Part shown: in pieces, positions 26,704-39,926 of the stretch
Layout of the letters: every line of letters starts with the position of its first letter
Numbering within the stretch: position 1 is the first letter of the stretch
DNA from: Camelus ferus
Taxonomy: Eukaryota
Assembly: GCF_009834535.1 (NCBI RefSeq)
Contig: NC_045702.1
Coordinates: forward strand, 32,984,001-33,048,000
Reading direction: 5' to 3'
Length of the DNA stretch: 64,000 nucleotides
The notes under the pieces: model-generated
Told to the model about the DNA's origin: nothing
Seen by the model: only the letters and a program-made list of their open reading frames with translations
Database searches by the model: none
Position numbers and translations under genes: made by a program

Positions 26704-26920
26704 AACTATATATAAAAATAGATTAAAAGAAGTTTCTGCTGTATAGCACAGGGAACAATGTTCAATATCTTGTAGTAACCTTTAATGAAAAAGAGTATGA
26801 AAATGAATATCTGTATGTATATGCATGACAGGGACCACTGTGCTATACACCAGAAATGGACACATTGTAACTGACTGTACTTCAATATAGAAATAAATAA
26901 AAATAAATTTAAAAAATAAA
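26704..26920 (+). mobile_element. L1 3'UTR stub (artiodactyl/camelid type) inserted into a MIR
   Basis: CTGTATAGCACAGGGAAC core; 15-bp TSD TAAAGATAAGGATAC at 26689-26703 and 26921-26935. Confidence 0.9.
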
Positions 26921-28813
26921 TAAAGATAAGGATACTGAAGCGTAGTGAAGTTGCCTGACATCAAGCAACTCCTAAGTGGAAGAGAAAATCTAAACGTAGG
27001 CAGGTGGCTACGGAGTACACTCCCCTGCTTGGTTACATGGCAGGCAGTAACCCACCGTAAACTAAGGGGGCGCTCACCAGCAAATGATGACTAATCTTCA
27101 TATCGGCTTTAACAAATAGCTATTATTAATAACCAGCTCGTTCTTTAGCACCCAACCTAGCAGCCAGCTCTTTGGAAGTTTTTTCCTAAGTCTCCCAGGC
27201 TTATGTCATTACACTGCTAGATTTCCAGGTTAATAGTATCACAAAATATTATGTTAGCAAGAGGCTCTGAATAATTCAATGCTTCACATGGGCAAGGAAT
27301 TAATTTACATCAACCTATATATTCATCAACACCTGGTTTAATTAAATTTCTCAACACTCTATAACCATCCCCAACCACCACCATATATTCACTCCTTTTA
27401 AAAAGCTTACTGACTTAACAAAAATGGCAAACAAAACACTAGGTTCTGTTTTATAACCCAGTTCACTTTGTCTTTGACAAGGACTTAGGTCAAATTAAAC
27501 ACGTTTGGATGCGTTCTCCTGAATATCACATATGACTGATTAAGCCAGAGAACATAAGAAATGTAGGTGGTAAAATATTTACATTTATGCAAACTTAAAT
27601 AAATTCAGCATGTATAATTTAAACTGCATTTCAAAGGAAAAAGAAAAGAAATTACTATTTTAGTAGAGGAATACAAGATCAAAAACTGGGATATCTAGCT
27701 TCTGTGCCTTGAGGTTAAGGAGCCATTAACTAGCTCAGTAAAATCAAATTGACTGATAACTTGAGTCCAATTTCTCACATAAGGAGATTCATTATCTACT
27801 GACAGCATTAATAACTTACTTTTAATTTGTACCTGCTATCTTTCAAGGTGGGGGAGGGGAGGCAGCACTAGGGAAAGATACCTTCCAGAAAAAAATTTTA
27901 AGACCCTAAACGTTTCTTTAAACAAGGCTTAGAATGGAATGTAAATAACCAGGCAACCCAGAACACGTATTCACCTTACTTAGAATTAGCCACTGTTAAA
28001 TAACTTCTTGAATTGCTGAAAAAGTCTTCTGGAAATACAGTCTTTCTCTTTAAATTAAACAGCAGCTAGTAAGTAACCCAAGGTTCACAACAGAGGTCAC
28101 AACCCAAGGTGACCAATCGTCCCTTACAGCCTAAGATGAAGGGTTTCCTAGAACACAGGACCTTTCAGCGCTAAACCTGGCATACTACCCAGACAGTGGA
28201 CCACCCATCACAAACTCAAATACCTCTGAAAGCCGAACTGTGGTAAAAAACAATCCTGAGTGGACAATGGTGGAGAACTGCAAAGCACACATCCCAGGCT
28301 AAAGGGCCATGTTTACTTCCATCTTTGGCTTAGAAAAGTTAAACAATAGTAACTAAACTCCTCTGATCCCAAACCTATGCTGACTTACTATTTCAACCAT
28401 CTGTCTGACATTTATTATAAAGCATCCAAGACAGAATTTTCTTATTGTGTCCTGTCTGACAAATCCAAGCAGATCCACAAAGATTATACTAGAAAATTCT
28501 CTCTTGACACAACATTGTAAACTAACTATACTTCAATTGAAAAAAATAATAAAAGCTCTCTCCATGAGTAATGAGTGTACCTAAACTTCAGGTCTACAGA
28601 CAGCAACAATTAAGTGTAATGAACTACACTCAAATATTGCTCTACCAACCTCTACTGGTTTATGCTCTTAAAATTATTATATTATCACTGCCAAAAAGCA
28701 GGTTCTCAAGCGGGCCATGCTCCAAAGTCATCACCCAATTTATAGCTGTGAAGGTAATGACAGAGTGATGATTCTTGTGGCACAAGGTTTTTCCATTACC
28801 CATCAGGACTTAC

Positions 28814-28922
28814 ACTCTCTATTCCTCTGGCCAGTTCAAACAGAAGCGCCAAAGATTCACCAGCAGCTATTCTCATGTTTACATCATCAGAAGAGAGGAG
28901 GCTTGGAAGTTTATGGAAATGC
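28814..28922 (-). CDS. IFRD1: IFRD1 exon 8 (HFHKLPSLLSSDDVNMRIAAGESLALLFELARGIES)
   Basis: 109 nt; donor GTAAGT at 28813. Confidence 0.97.
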
Positions 28923-29009
28923 CTAAAAAAAATCAGTCATTACTATATGAACACAACCAATTATGTCATTAAATGTTGTTTTTATAAAGTATGAAATTAA
29001 AATATATAC

Positions 29010-29188
29010 ATCTCAAGCTTTTTCTTCACTTCATTGATTGGGCATATGGTCAGTAACAATGTCCAAGCGAGGAGAGAGCTGATATGAAGCACTGTGTTAG
29101 GAGTGCTGCAAATTACATTAGCGTCTTTCTCCTTGAGATACGACTTCGTGAAGATGTTTTCCAAACACTGCAGAGTTGAATACAGCTC
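29010..29188 (-). CDS. IFRD1: IFRD1 exon 7 (ELYSTLQCLENIFTKSYLKEKDANVICSTPNTVLHISSLLAWTLLLTICPINEVKKKLE-M)
   Basis: 179 nt; acceptor TAG; donor GTATAT; followed by an 87-nt intron. Confidence 0.96.
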
Positions 29189-29270
29189 CTAGTGCACACG
29201 AATATGAAAAAAGATTACCATCTTAAATGAGAAATGTGCAAATAACTGGAGTCAAAAGCTGTCTACTTAC

Positions 29271-29321
29271 AGTAATATCATCTGTGGCAATAAAACAGCA
29301 AACACCAAAGCAAGTTGCACA
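29271..29321 (-). CDS. IFRD1: IFRD1 exon 6 (CATCFGVCCFIATDDIT)
   Basis: 51 nt, phase 0/0; donor GTAAGT; followed by an 82-nt intron. Confidence 0.96.
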
Positions 29322-30639
29322 CTGAAAAAGGCAAAAAGAAAACAGACATTAATGTTTGTCATTTTCTTATTAATCTACATCTTCCTGCCTTTATAATTCA
29401 ATGTGAAAAATTTCTCAACTACGTCACTATGTTAGGTCTCAAGCATAGTATAAAAAGAGAGAATGAATGTAGGATCAAGAGTTAAGGGAAGCAGGTTTTA
29501 GTCCAAGATCTGCTACTAAACTTTAGGAAAGTTACCCCATTTCCCTCAGATCTTCCTTCATTAATCTAAAGAAGCATTTCAAACTTCACCGCCAAGTCAA
29601 AGACAAAGATGATGTTTGGACATCTGAGATAAAGAAACCTACTCTCTCTATTAAAAACCTTTACAACACAAAGCTTAAAAAATTCAAATAACTATCCTCA
29701 AACTTCCCACTGAAAGAAGGAGCTCTTTAACTCAGATTTTTACTTGTTTTGGAATATGTTGAAAAGAGATTGGGAATCCTATAATTGCTTTCTTAGGGGG
29801 TTAAAAAAAGGGGGGGGGGGCAAAGCAAGTGAGTACACTCCACCATCACCAAGGTAAAGCTCACCTAACAAGACTCAGAATAGGTCCATACAATCTGCTT
29901 ACAACATAGATCGGAGCCATCAATGCTCAAAACACTGCTCTAACAAATTTATCACACAAGGACAGAATTGGAAATTTGTTAAGGCTTTATTATTCTTCAT
30001 TTCCCTTTTCCCTAAAGGTCATCACTAAGCATGTTGTTGCCAGTACCACTAAAGCCTAAGACTTTAAAGTCACCATTCACATGCCCACGTTGAAGCTAGT
30101 TCTGTTCCAGAACTATGAGGACACCTGTAATATTAATCCGCTTGGTGTCACTAATTTATTTTCATTATTTCATCCTGGTAAAAACTGGACAATGTTAAAA
30201 TTCAAAAGTAGCCTAAGCATTATTCTTAGTAAAGGAAAATTTCAATCTGTAATCCCCTTCTCCTAAGTATGCAGCAGAAGCAAGGCCACATCACTCCCTT
30301 TGATTACTCTAAGAGAAACGGCAGATTAAAAATTATGACCCTCTACATTTAATAGATTCCAGTTGCTAATATGCAGGAGCATGGTAAAAGTTTTTTTTTT
30401 AATTCACAGCAAAAGAAGTATGAAGAAAGTGCCTTGAGAGGACCACAACAAACTCACATGCAACCAAAATTAAGCAATTGCTCCAAGTATCTAATCAATA
30501 GTGTTTTCTGTTAAACATTTCAAACACTCCTATAGTCCTGCACGATTTAAAAGTTGCATGACACTAGGAAAGACAGGAAGGTAAAGAGCAAAAGATTAAT
30601 TAAATATTTTAGGATTACTAACTACTGGAGGACAGAAAT

Positions 30640-30930
30640 TCCTATGAAGTCACCAAACTCCCATTCCTTTGCCTCCAGGAAAAACAGCTAGACTATTCCC
30701 AGCATCCACACAGGTGGTAAACCAAGGAACTCTCAGAAGCAGAAGTGATGTGCCTCTGTTTCTAGCTCTCCCCATGTGGCTTACCAGACCTGCCATTTGA
30801 AAAGGACCTAGAGGTAAGGCAGAGCTGGAGGGATGCCAAGGGACCCTGCTGACCTGACCGCACTAGTGATATGAACAAGAAATAGACTTTTATTAAGCCA
30901 GTAAGACTTCAGGGCTTATCTGATACAAAG
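30640..30930 (+). mobile_element. MaLR (MLT1-like) LTR relic in IFRD1 intron 5
   Basis: GCAGAAGTGATGTGCC...ATGAACAAGAAATAGACTTTTATTAAGCCA..AGA pattern. Confidence 0.5.
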
Positions 30931-31771
30931 ATTAATGTTATTTACCTTAATATTGTAATACTAAAGAGGTAGATAATTTGAATTATTAGTATTAAAAAGT
31001 TCACAACTTTAACTTGTTCTCTTGTTAGGAACATAGCTTAAAATTCAAGTCCCCTAAGATTAAATTCCTGAGATCTGTTAAGACTCTCAAGATCCATTAA
31101 GATTCCAGTCTTAAAATCCTTTAAGATTCAAATCCTCTAAGACCACCTCACAGAAAATGTTCATGGGATCACTTAAATTGCTTATTAGCACACCAAAAAC
31201 AACCAACCTCCCTCCAAAACCCACAATGTTAAGTCAAATGTTGTAAGTAGTAAATATCAATTAGAGAATGAAGCTCTTCCAAACCCCAAAACCAGATGAA
31301 TATTTCACAAGTCAGAGTTTCAGAGTTTCCTACATCTACCAAATCTACTGATGGAAACACAGCGTTAAGCTTTTTCATAAGAACTTTTAGGTCACCTCAG
31401 CAAAAAAAAATTTTTTTAAAAAAAACCTCATTACATTTCTTAGAATGAAAAATAACCATATAAAAAATACTGTTGAGACCACTTCTTTAAGTTCCAATAA
31501 AAATTGGATCATCTTAAATAACTCAACATAGCACTGTATTTCATATCAGCATATGATCTTCAATTTCAAAGATGCAGAAATTTGCTCTTCCTAGGATGCT
31601 CTCAAGTCTCAGAAAATTTAAGAAAACAATTGTCATATTGAGTCTGCTCACTAAAATTAAAGAAAAATGAGAATAAAATGTTAATAAAAAACTCACTTTC
31701 CTAGATTATTCATCACAATCTCTGGGTGACGTGCCCAGACAGATCTGTAAATTTAAAAATCCTATACTTAC

Positions 31772-31929
31772 AGTTTGCCTAGCCTGGATACTAGCTGTTC
31801 CATCACAAATTATTTTCTTCAGGATTGGTCCGAGAGTTTTTAAAACCTCTTCACTTTCAATTCCAGGGCCCAACTGAATACACAGAACAGACGCTAAAGC
31901 TGCAGCCGCACGCTGCTCATCACTTTTAC
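31772..31929 (-). CDS. IFRD1: IFRD1 exon 5 (KSDEQRAAAALASVLCIQLGPGIESEEVLKTLGPILKKIICDGTASIQARQT)
   Basis: 158 nt; lies in ORF 31706-32113; donor GTAAGT at 31771. Confidence 0.97.
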
Positions 31930-33583
31930 CTATAAAAGAAGCCACAGCGCAACTATGACAAATTATTTTCAGTAGACTTATTAAGGCAGCAATTTCCCAA
32001 ATTTGTTCAATTTCAAAATAGCATCTACCATTTATGAAACCCATAAGATGCTCTAGGCTTTGACATGAGCTATAAACCTTAGTGAGATTAAAGAGCTCAA
32101 ACTCTGGAAACAAACCTCAGGCAAATCCTAGATCCATCACTTATTAGCCAAATTATCTTCAACCAATTATTCTTATTTCAAAATAGATTTCCTCATCTGT
32201 AAAATGAAGATTAACACCTATCTTAAGGGAGTCCTGTAACAATTCAGCAAAATAATACATTTCAAGCTGACCTGATCTTTCAAATCCTTCATGTACTTAT
32301 AAAATAGTGCTAAAGTAAGTAGCCCTTGAATTCATCTCCCAAGCATTTCAGATGTACACAGTCCATGAGGTAAATTCAACTTTCAGGGTTTTCCTCCACC
32401 AATATTTTTTTTTTTAAATAAATAAGGGATTAAAAACAAGGGCTTCTTTAAAACCATAGAAAATACATTAATATAAAAGTAAATGTAAATTAACTCTTCC
32501 AAGAACTGTACATACCCATGAGTTTGAGCAAATTTTGACACCTAAGTTGTTACCTGATAAATTAAAAATTTATAAAGCATGCAGGTTGGAATGAAATTGT
32601 TAAAGGTCACTTAAGTCCAACTACCTTATCAGAGACCGTTTCAATGTAAACACCTTTAACAAAGTCATTGTATTATCTCAAAAAAGGTGGCTCTGCTATC
32701 AACTAAACCAGTAACAAGTTATATAACTTTAGATCAGTCTCATGTTTCCTAGGCCCTTCTCTTTGTACAATGAGAGGTAAGTTAGAACAGAGGTTTCCAA
32801 ACACCTATTCCTGACAGAGCTTTCACCTGAGGCAAAATGCGAATAAGGACAGAAAGCTAAGCTCATTCAATTTAAAGGAACATACGAGCTTCCCACAGGT
32901 TTAGTGCTAGAAATATTTTGCTGACAAAGGGATAATGATAGTAGAAGCTAGTTATTTTCATAATGTTCTTATTTGACAAAGTAATTAAGCTGGCAATGCC
33001 ACATCTTTTTAATTTTGGTGGTTTCTAAAACTGCAAAGTCTGATAATACTAGACCTAATCTTTAAGGTCTCTCTTGATTCTTAAAAGTCCTATGGTTATA
33101 ACAATATGAATTCCAGAATCTCTATTACAAAGTTCTAAAATTCAAATATTCCAATAGATATTGCAAAATCATGTCATGGACAAGTATGACTGAAGTCTTA
33201 AAATGAGCTAGATAATTATGATACTTTTTCAATTTTAGAAAAATGAAGTAGGATGGCTTTTTTAACAATACTTTTTGTTGACATCTGGCACAAGCTTTCA
33301 GGCCTTTCTTACATACAAGAGAACGGCAGTCGCCACTTCTGATACAGTAAAAGATGACAATCCAACCCAGTCCTTCCTGGTTTCAAACTGTTTATTACAC
33401 ATACAAAAACAAAGCTTCTAACAAGTCTGATATGGAGTTTTAACTAAGCCTGCTATATTCACTGACAATTATAAAGTTACAAGAGTGAGCCAATTTTCTA
33501 CTGCTATTAACAAATGTGATTGCAAACAAGGCAGCAGATTCCTTTTTGGTACTGTGCCTGTGACTCAAAAATAAGGACATTAC

Positions 33584-33708
33584 CTTTTTTCAGGCAGCGT
33601 TCAATGCTATCAGTTAAAGTCATTCTTCTTTCCAGAATAAATTCATAAAGCATTTTTGAAGCCAGTGCATTTTTAATACCTTCAAGAGCTGCCTGCCTTG
33701 TCTTCGCA
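33584..33708 (-). CDS. IFRD1: IFRD1 exon 4 (AKTRQAALEGIKNALASKMLYEFILERRMTLTDSIERCLKK-G)
   Basis: 125 nt; lies in ORF-track ORF 33507-33758; donor GTAATG at 33583. Confidence 0.97.
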
Positions 33709-34408
33709 CTATTTAAAACAAAATGTAAGAGAAAGAAGACCCATGTGGTGTGCACCATCAGTCAATGACTTTTAAAAACTCAGCTTTTCTCTCTCTCAAT
33801 TTTTTCTATTTATAGATTTTTAACCTAATTGTCACCTAGTGCTGTTTTTCAATAATTTTCATCTACAACTCATTACACAAAAGATTCTAAGCTGCTTCAT
33901 ATCATAGAATTTTTATTAGTTTAATAACCACAACTCGAAATGACTACATAGTATTTTATAGTTTCAATGTATAAGACATCGCCTACACTACATATTTAAG
34001 TAAACATTTATCTTTTCACATTACAAAAGTCTAGAGTTCTTGTTTGCATTTCAATTATTTTAAGTTGGTTCTAGTGCTACTGTTAGTAAGAAAACAATTT
34101 AGCTTTGAAAGTTTAGTTGTTCCTTTCTAGTTGAAGATTAACTTTTAATTCAACAAATCGATTTCAATGATCAAATATAGTTATGTGCTATTCAGCAAGA
34201 ATAATGACTAATCTGAGTCAATTAATCTAAATTCTAGTGGCATGTTCCTATCTACATTAAAAGTCCAAAGGAACAAGAAACATTAAAACATCCAAAGTAA
34301 ACAAATTAAGGTTTAGAAACACAATGTTAAATGAAAGAACTGCACATGTTTCAAATATAAGGTAACTGACAGAATCACACAGAAGGAAGAGTTTCCAGGA
34401 TTGCCTAC

Positions 34409-34493
34409 CTCTTATCCAGGGTCAGGTCAATGAGTCCCTTCAACTTATACTCTAAGTCTTCTTGAGTTCCTTCCTCATCAAGGACTTCTGGTC
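34409..34493 (-). CDS. IFRD1: IFRD1 exon 3 (PEVLDEEGTQEDLEYKLKGLIDLTLDK-S)
   Basis: 85 nt; AG acceptor; donor GTAGGC at 34408. Confidence 0.97.
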
Positions 34494-34636
34494 CTAAGAA
34501 TAATAAAAACCAACCACTGTAATTTAAATAGAAAAAAAGCAGATAGAGAATAGTAATAGTATACTTAGCTACAAGAACTCCTCCCTCTGTAAGATCCTTT
34601 TACCTAATATTGCAAATCTAAACTGAAAACTCATAC

Positions 34637-34741
34637 CATCTTCAGCAAAACTGGAAGGATCGCTGTAACCACTGCAATGGCTCATTGTTTCAATCGATGC
34701 GTCCTCATCACTAAAAGGTTGAACATTTCGATGCTGGCCAC
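34637..34741 (-). CDS. IFRD1: IFRD1 exon 2 (GGQHRNVQPFSDEDASIETMSHCSGYSDPSSFAED-G)
   Basis: 105 nt; acceptor AG at 34743-34742; donor GTATGA at 34636. Confidence 0.97.
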
Positions 34742-35036
34742 CTAGTAGGTAAAACAGAAGGAGGAGGTAAATGATTTTGTTACAAAATATGCAAATACTT
34801 AACTTGGGAATTTTAAACTGTACTTAAGAGAAATCCAGTAATAAAAACCAAACTTACTTAAGAGATGATTTTTTCACAAAAGAACAAACTCAGATATTCC
34901 TGACAGAGGTCAATTCACCTAATATTAGAGCACCAACTATTTACAATATACATCAACTTCAGAAATACATCAATCATCTAACATGCAGCACTGTGGTGAC
35001 ACAAAAACTGGTATTACAGATGAAAAAAACTACTTT

Positions 35037-35564
35037 CTAGTGGGAAGGCTTTCAGCTTTTCACCGTTGAGNNNNNNNNNNNNNNNNNNNNNNNNNNNNNN
35101 NNNNNNNNNNNNNNNNNNNNNNNNNNNNNNNNNNNNNNNNNNNNNNNNNNNNNNNNNNNNNNNNNNNNNNNNNNNNNNNNNNNNNNNNNNNNNNNNNNNN
35201 NNNNNNNNNNNNNNNNNNNNNNNNNNNNNTTTTGTTGTTGTGGTGTTCACATTGATTGATTTGCGCATGCTGAACCATCCTTGTGTCCCTGGGATGAATC
35301 CAACTCCTCATTTTGTTTAGCTTATGGTTTCCTTTGCTATGCAAAAGCTTGTAAGTTTAATTAGGTTATACAATTAATTAGGTTAATTATACAAGTTTCT
35401 TTTGTATAGCACAGGGAACTATATTCAATATCATGTAGTAACCTATAATGAAAAAGAATATAAAGATGAATATATGTATGTATATGTATGATTGAAATAT
35501 TATGCTATACACCAGAAATTGACACACTGTAAACTGACTATATTTCAATTAAAATAAAGAAAAC
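35037..35564 (+). mobile_element. 5'-inverted, truncated L1 insertion in IFRD1 intron 1
   Basis: 14-bp TSD AAAAAAACTACTTT at 35023-35036 and 35565-35578. Antisense ORF2 pieces (LNGEKLKAFPL; KSINV) are followed by a sense L1 3'UTR and an A-rich tail. Confidence 0.88.
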
Positions 35565-38500
35565 AAAAAAACTACTTTGTAAACCATGACTTCAAATCAT
35601 GAAGACAATGAAAATAGATCCAGTATGATACCACAGATCATCAGAAGAATACAACAAACATACTTCCCAATGACAACGACTGGGGTTAGTAAACATTAGC
35701 TGATGAATAGGTTAGTTTTTAGGTTACAGATGTCTTATGTGAAGGGGAATTTAAGGAGTTAAGGGATGGTAGTTTCAAAGACAACTCGAATTAAGAGGAG
35801 AAAAAAGGCTTAAAATAGAAGTTTGGGGTGGGGATGTTGACAAGTGGATACAGGATGGTATAGAAAATAATGACAGGAATTAGATGAAGCAATTGATCAC
35901 TAAAGAACTACAGTGCTGAAAGAGATGTATAAGACATTATAAAGAGCTCTGATGGGCTATTTGGGTGATATCCAGTGCAATGAACTACAGATTTTTTGTC
36001 CTGAGTCATGGAAGACAGGAGAGCTGAAAAGTCATGTGAACAAGCATGTAAATCACTGAAGAAGGACAATGAAATGGTCCTCAAGCACCCTCCCTGCTCT
36101 TGGCTAGCACCCTACTACAGACTTCACAGGGTTATGTGGGTAGAGAGTCGAAACTGAGTGTCTTTACAGAATTGCCTCATTTTTGCAACTAAAAACTATG
36201 GTCAAGCTGATGAAGACTGTAGGCGTAGTACCTTTAAAATCAGGACTCTTTCTGCTTTGAATATTTTGAATTATTTAACTCAACAATGTTTACGATTTAA
36301 CTTTTTTCATATGCCACTTTCAAGTGATTTTAAAAAAACCACCTGACTGTAGTGACCAGTGACTAATTTGGATGACTTTCCTGCTACAATGGGTGTGCAC
36401 ATGGACATTTGTTCCTAGTCATGAGGTTTGACATTCCTGTCACTCCCTTGGGAAGACTGACAGTGCCCTTTTAAAGTTTGTATGAGTATTTTCAGTCAAT
36501 AAAAAGCTCCAAATCTTAAGAACTAAAAAAAAAAAGTTTTGGTATTTGATAGAGCATAAGAATTTGTTAGAGAAATTACCTTTAAAAGAAAGGTTCTAAC
36601 ACATTCAATAGTTTTAAAATATCAGTGTTGTTATTAAAAATTAAAATCTCCTTTTTTAAAACTAGAATCTTTCAACTTCATTAACCTAAGGAATAAACCC
36701 ATATTCATAGTCATTCCTAGTCACTTTTGTCTTTTGTCTTGTAGGAATTTCACACTAATAAAGTATTACATAATCATCAATTACACTGAGCAAAGTTATT
36801 TGGGGGGGGTGTAATTAGGCACACTAAATTAAAATAAGTCCCAAATTCTGCCCCAAAAGTGACCCTGAGTCACCTCATTTACCTCTGAGCCTGTTTCCTT
36901 ACCTGTAAAATCAGACTACACAAGGTATCACTATGAGGCCTTTATGTTCAAGAAATCTGTGACATTTACTGTATCTTAAGATAAATTTTTCAAAAATCTA
37001 AGTTTAATTAAGCCTGTTGCTGTTTCTTTTTATAATGGGGGCTTCCTTTTTTAAAAAAAAGCAAAACAGAGAAGACATTTAGCAGAATTTTAAATCAACA
37101 CAGGAAACAAATGCCCTTCATATTTACTTGCTATCCAAAAGAATAAAGTATGCCAATCAAAGTAGTAAAACATAGGAATAAACAAAGAAGCCAAGATCCC
37201 CTAACTTCATAATCATAGTGCTTAGGACAAGAATAAACAAATAAACAAAGATCTATGACATCACACTCTATTTCTGGATCTGTTTTCATGATTTGAAGTC
37301 ATGGCAATAGTTGAGTCATCCGCTTAACTTTTACTAACATTTATTCACTAATCAATTTACATTTTTTATTTTTCATATTCAGCCTATTTCTAACCTGTCA
37401 AGAGTTTTCTATGAAGGTCATACTCAACTCCCTTCTCTAAGGTTCAATGATTTCCCAAGACTCAAGGGAAAGTGATTAAAAAAAAAGAAATCAGGAAAAA
37501 ATCATGTATGAGTGCCTTGATATCTAGGTCACATTCAGCCACCTTGTGATCCTAAGTACCATTAATGAGGTGGAACTCTAGACACATAAAGTTCTTATTT
37601 CATAGATGGCGTACTTACCAACAGGGCTTTATTCTTGCCTAAAAATGCTCTCTTCAAATTAAGTGCTATGACAAATATACATTCTTGAATAACAGGTCAA
37701 TTTTATTAGCTTCCTAGATTCTTCCACTAACTTAAAAAGTAGAGAATTTAAATGGAAAAAAAGTGAAAGAATTGGTTATCTTTTAGTTGTGAAGATCTCA
37801 TTTGAATCCATTTCTTCTAGATGTCCTTTAAAAATACCAGAAAGGTGAGTGGCTTGTAAGTACAAGTCTGTGACAGTTTGCCATCTCTTCTACTCAACAG
37901 TTATTTATTCATTTATTTACTGAACAAGTAATATTCACAAGAAACCAAATTAAGCTTTTGAAAAGGTAAATCTCATCCGCAAATCCCAAAGACCAGAGAT
38001 AAGCACACTTAACAGGTTCTAGTGTAAACTTCCAAAGGTATTCAAAGCATGTATAGTTTTATAAACGAATTAAAGAATTCTCTTCCTGCTGATGAAAGGT
38101 CACAAATGAGCCTCCAGGTAAACTCTGAAAGGCAATCCCCCATCGTCTCCAGATATTATTAGTACCAGGAAGGAAGGAGGCTGGACAGGAAGCTTCAGAA
38201 GGAAATAAAGGTTTGTTTGTGATTCAAGGAGGCCATTAGTAACATCATTACCATTTTCAAAATGACCTTAGCTTGCTCCTTCTCCATCATTTGTTCCATC
38301 AAAAAAAGGTAAACTTAAAGAAGAATAAAATTAATATGGACCTTCTAGACAGAATTTAAATGTTTACTTTGGATGAGGAAAAGCTGAAGCTGACAGGTAA
38401 AGAAGTATTTTCAATTCACACAGACCAACGAGATGCACAACAAACTGTATTTTATATCACGATCAAGAATCAATTTTTTAAAAAAAGAATGAATTTCATT

Positions 38501-39792
38501 AACACCGAGAGCATTCAATCAAAATAAAGAGCCATATAAAGAAAAGGGGAAAACTGCATTTATAATCATTCATTCCTATTGTCAATTATTAAACGTTTAA
38601 TACATGATCACAAGTTTTCGCGCTGCTATAAATTCTATAGGAGAGCTTTTTAAATGACAGTTTCCAACCGTCTTTAACAAGAAAACTGGCCTATTTATTT
38701 TCCAAAGAACAAAGGAATATCATTCTGAAGGTCAGAGTGGCAATTGTGTTGACAAGTACATATGGCGTTCCCATGTGATAACACTTGAGGATATGCCAAT
38801 ATTTAATTTCAAAATCTCAACAAAGCAATTACTAAAAAAGGTGATTTTTGCCCAGTATACTTTAATACTAGATTTTAGTACGGTGTCTCGTAGGACTTTC
38901 CGCTTTAAGTCCTTTTTCCTTAATTGTATAGTTAGGAGTTGAGAATCATTAATTCAGTTAGGCACCTACCCATCCAGGAAAAGCTTCAACTTTGCAAAGA
39001 GGCGACAAAAAGCCTAAACTTTTGCCCAATTACAATCTGAGCTCCTCACCACTCTCGCCTATCCCAGTCTCTCAGCAGAGAACACAGCACAAAGAACGCG
39101 GTTTCTGCCCCGGGGCGGGGAGGTCGCAGGAGAGGTGGGGGCTCGGGATTTGTGCGGGTGCCAGTTAGGGGTAGGAGCAGAGCCTAGACTGGGACAGTGG
39201 CCCCCAGCCTGCGACGCCTCCGCCAGCCAGGTGGACACGCGGGATAAGCAAAAAGGTAGAGAAATGGGATGCCACATGGACGCCTGTGCGTCACCCCGGC
39301 ACGGCGCAAGGCCCAGGACGCGTGACGCAAGAGCCGGTCCAAACCCGCCGGACGTTTGGCATTCCGGACAACTCCATGTTGGAGCCGGGTGGTCACAGGC
39401 GACCGGTGACAGCATGGACGCAACTCCGAGCTGAGTCCCACCCTCCGTCAGGGAGAGCTCTGGAGTGCAAGCGCCAGCCTCTGAGAATAGTTCCTCTCCT
39501 GCCCAGCTCACCCTCACCCCCGACCCCGACCCACTCTCAGGTCCAAGGACCCATTCGCCCCTTCCCTGCCCCCACGGCCGGTGCCCAAGAGTTCGGTTCC
39601 CATGCCAGATCCAAATCGCGCGAGGTACGGTCCCCAGGGCACCCTGGGAAGTGTAGTTCGCAGGCCAGACTAGGCGCCCCGCAGATGCAAACGGCTAGAG
39701 GAAAAGAACTACAACTCCCACGGTGCCCAAGTCTAAGAGACTCGGTAGCCCGGCCGGCAACTGGGATGCAGGCGGCGGGGATACGCTCATAC

Positions 39793-39883
39793 CTGCTGTC
39801 GCCGCCGTCGCTGCTGCTGCCCCTGAGCCGCCGCCACCACTGCCACCGCGGTGGGGAGTGTTCCGTTTCTTATTCTTCGGCAT
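39793..39883 (-). CDS. IFRD1: IFRD1 coding exon 1 (MPKNKKRNTPHRGGSGGGGSGAAAATAATA-G)
   Basis: ATG at 39883 with A at -3; 91 nt; donor G|GTATGA at 39792. Confidence 0.97.
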
Positions 39884-39926
39884 CGTGGGACGCCCGGTGC
39901 CGTCTAAACTCGGAGCTTAGCGAGGA

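Noticed and set aside
29186-29191. Tandem TAG-GAG acceptor at IFRD1 exon 7
   Set aside because: GAG is a very poor distal acceptor; there is no evidence for NAGNAG alternative use.
31045-31145. Degenerate TAAGAT(T)C repeats (similar stretch at ~33055-33150)
   Set aside because: Resembles the decayed (ATTCTATG)n-type tails of MIR3/L3-class relics; there is no spacer-repeat regularity, and it is not CRISPR-like.
38892-38901. NF-kB-like AGGACTTTCC, and HRE-like TACGTG at 40699-40704
   Set aside because: These are isolated, short or mismatched motifs with no supporting context.
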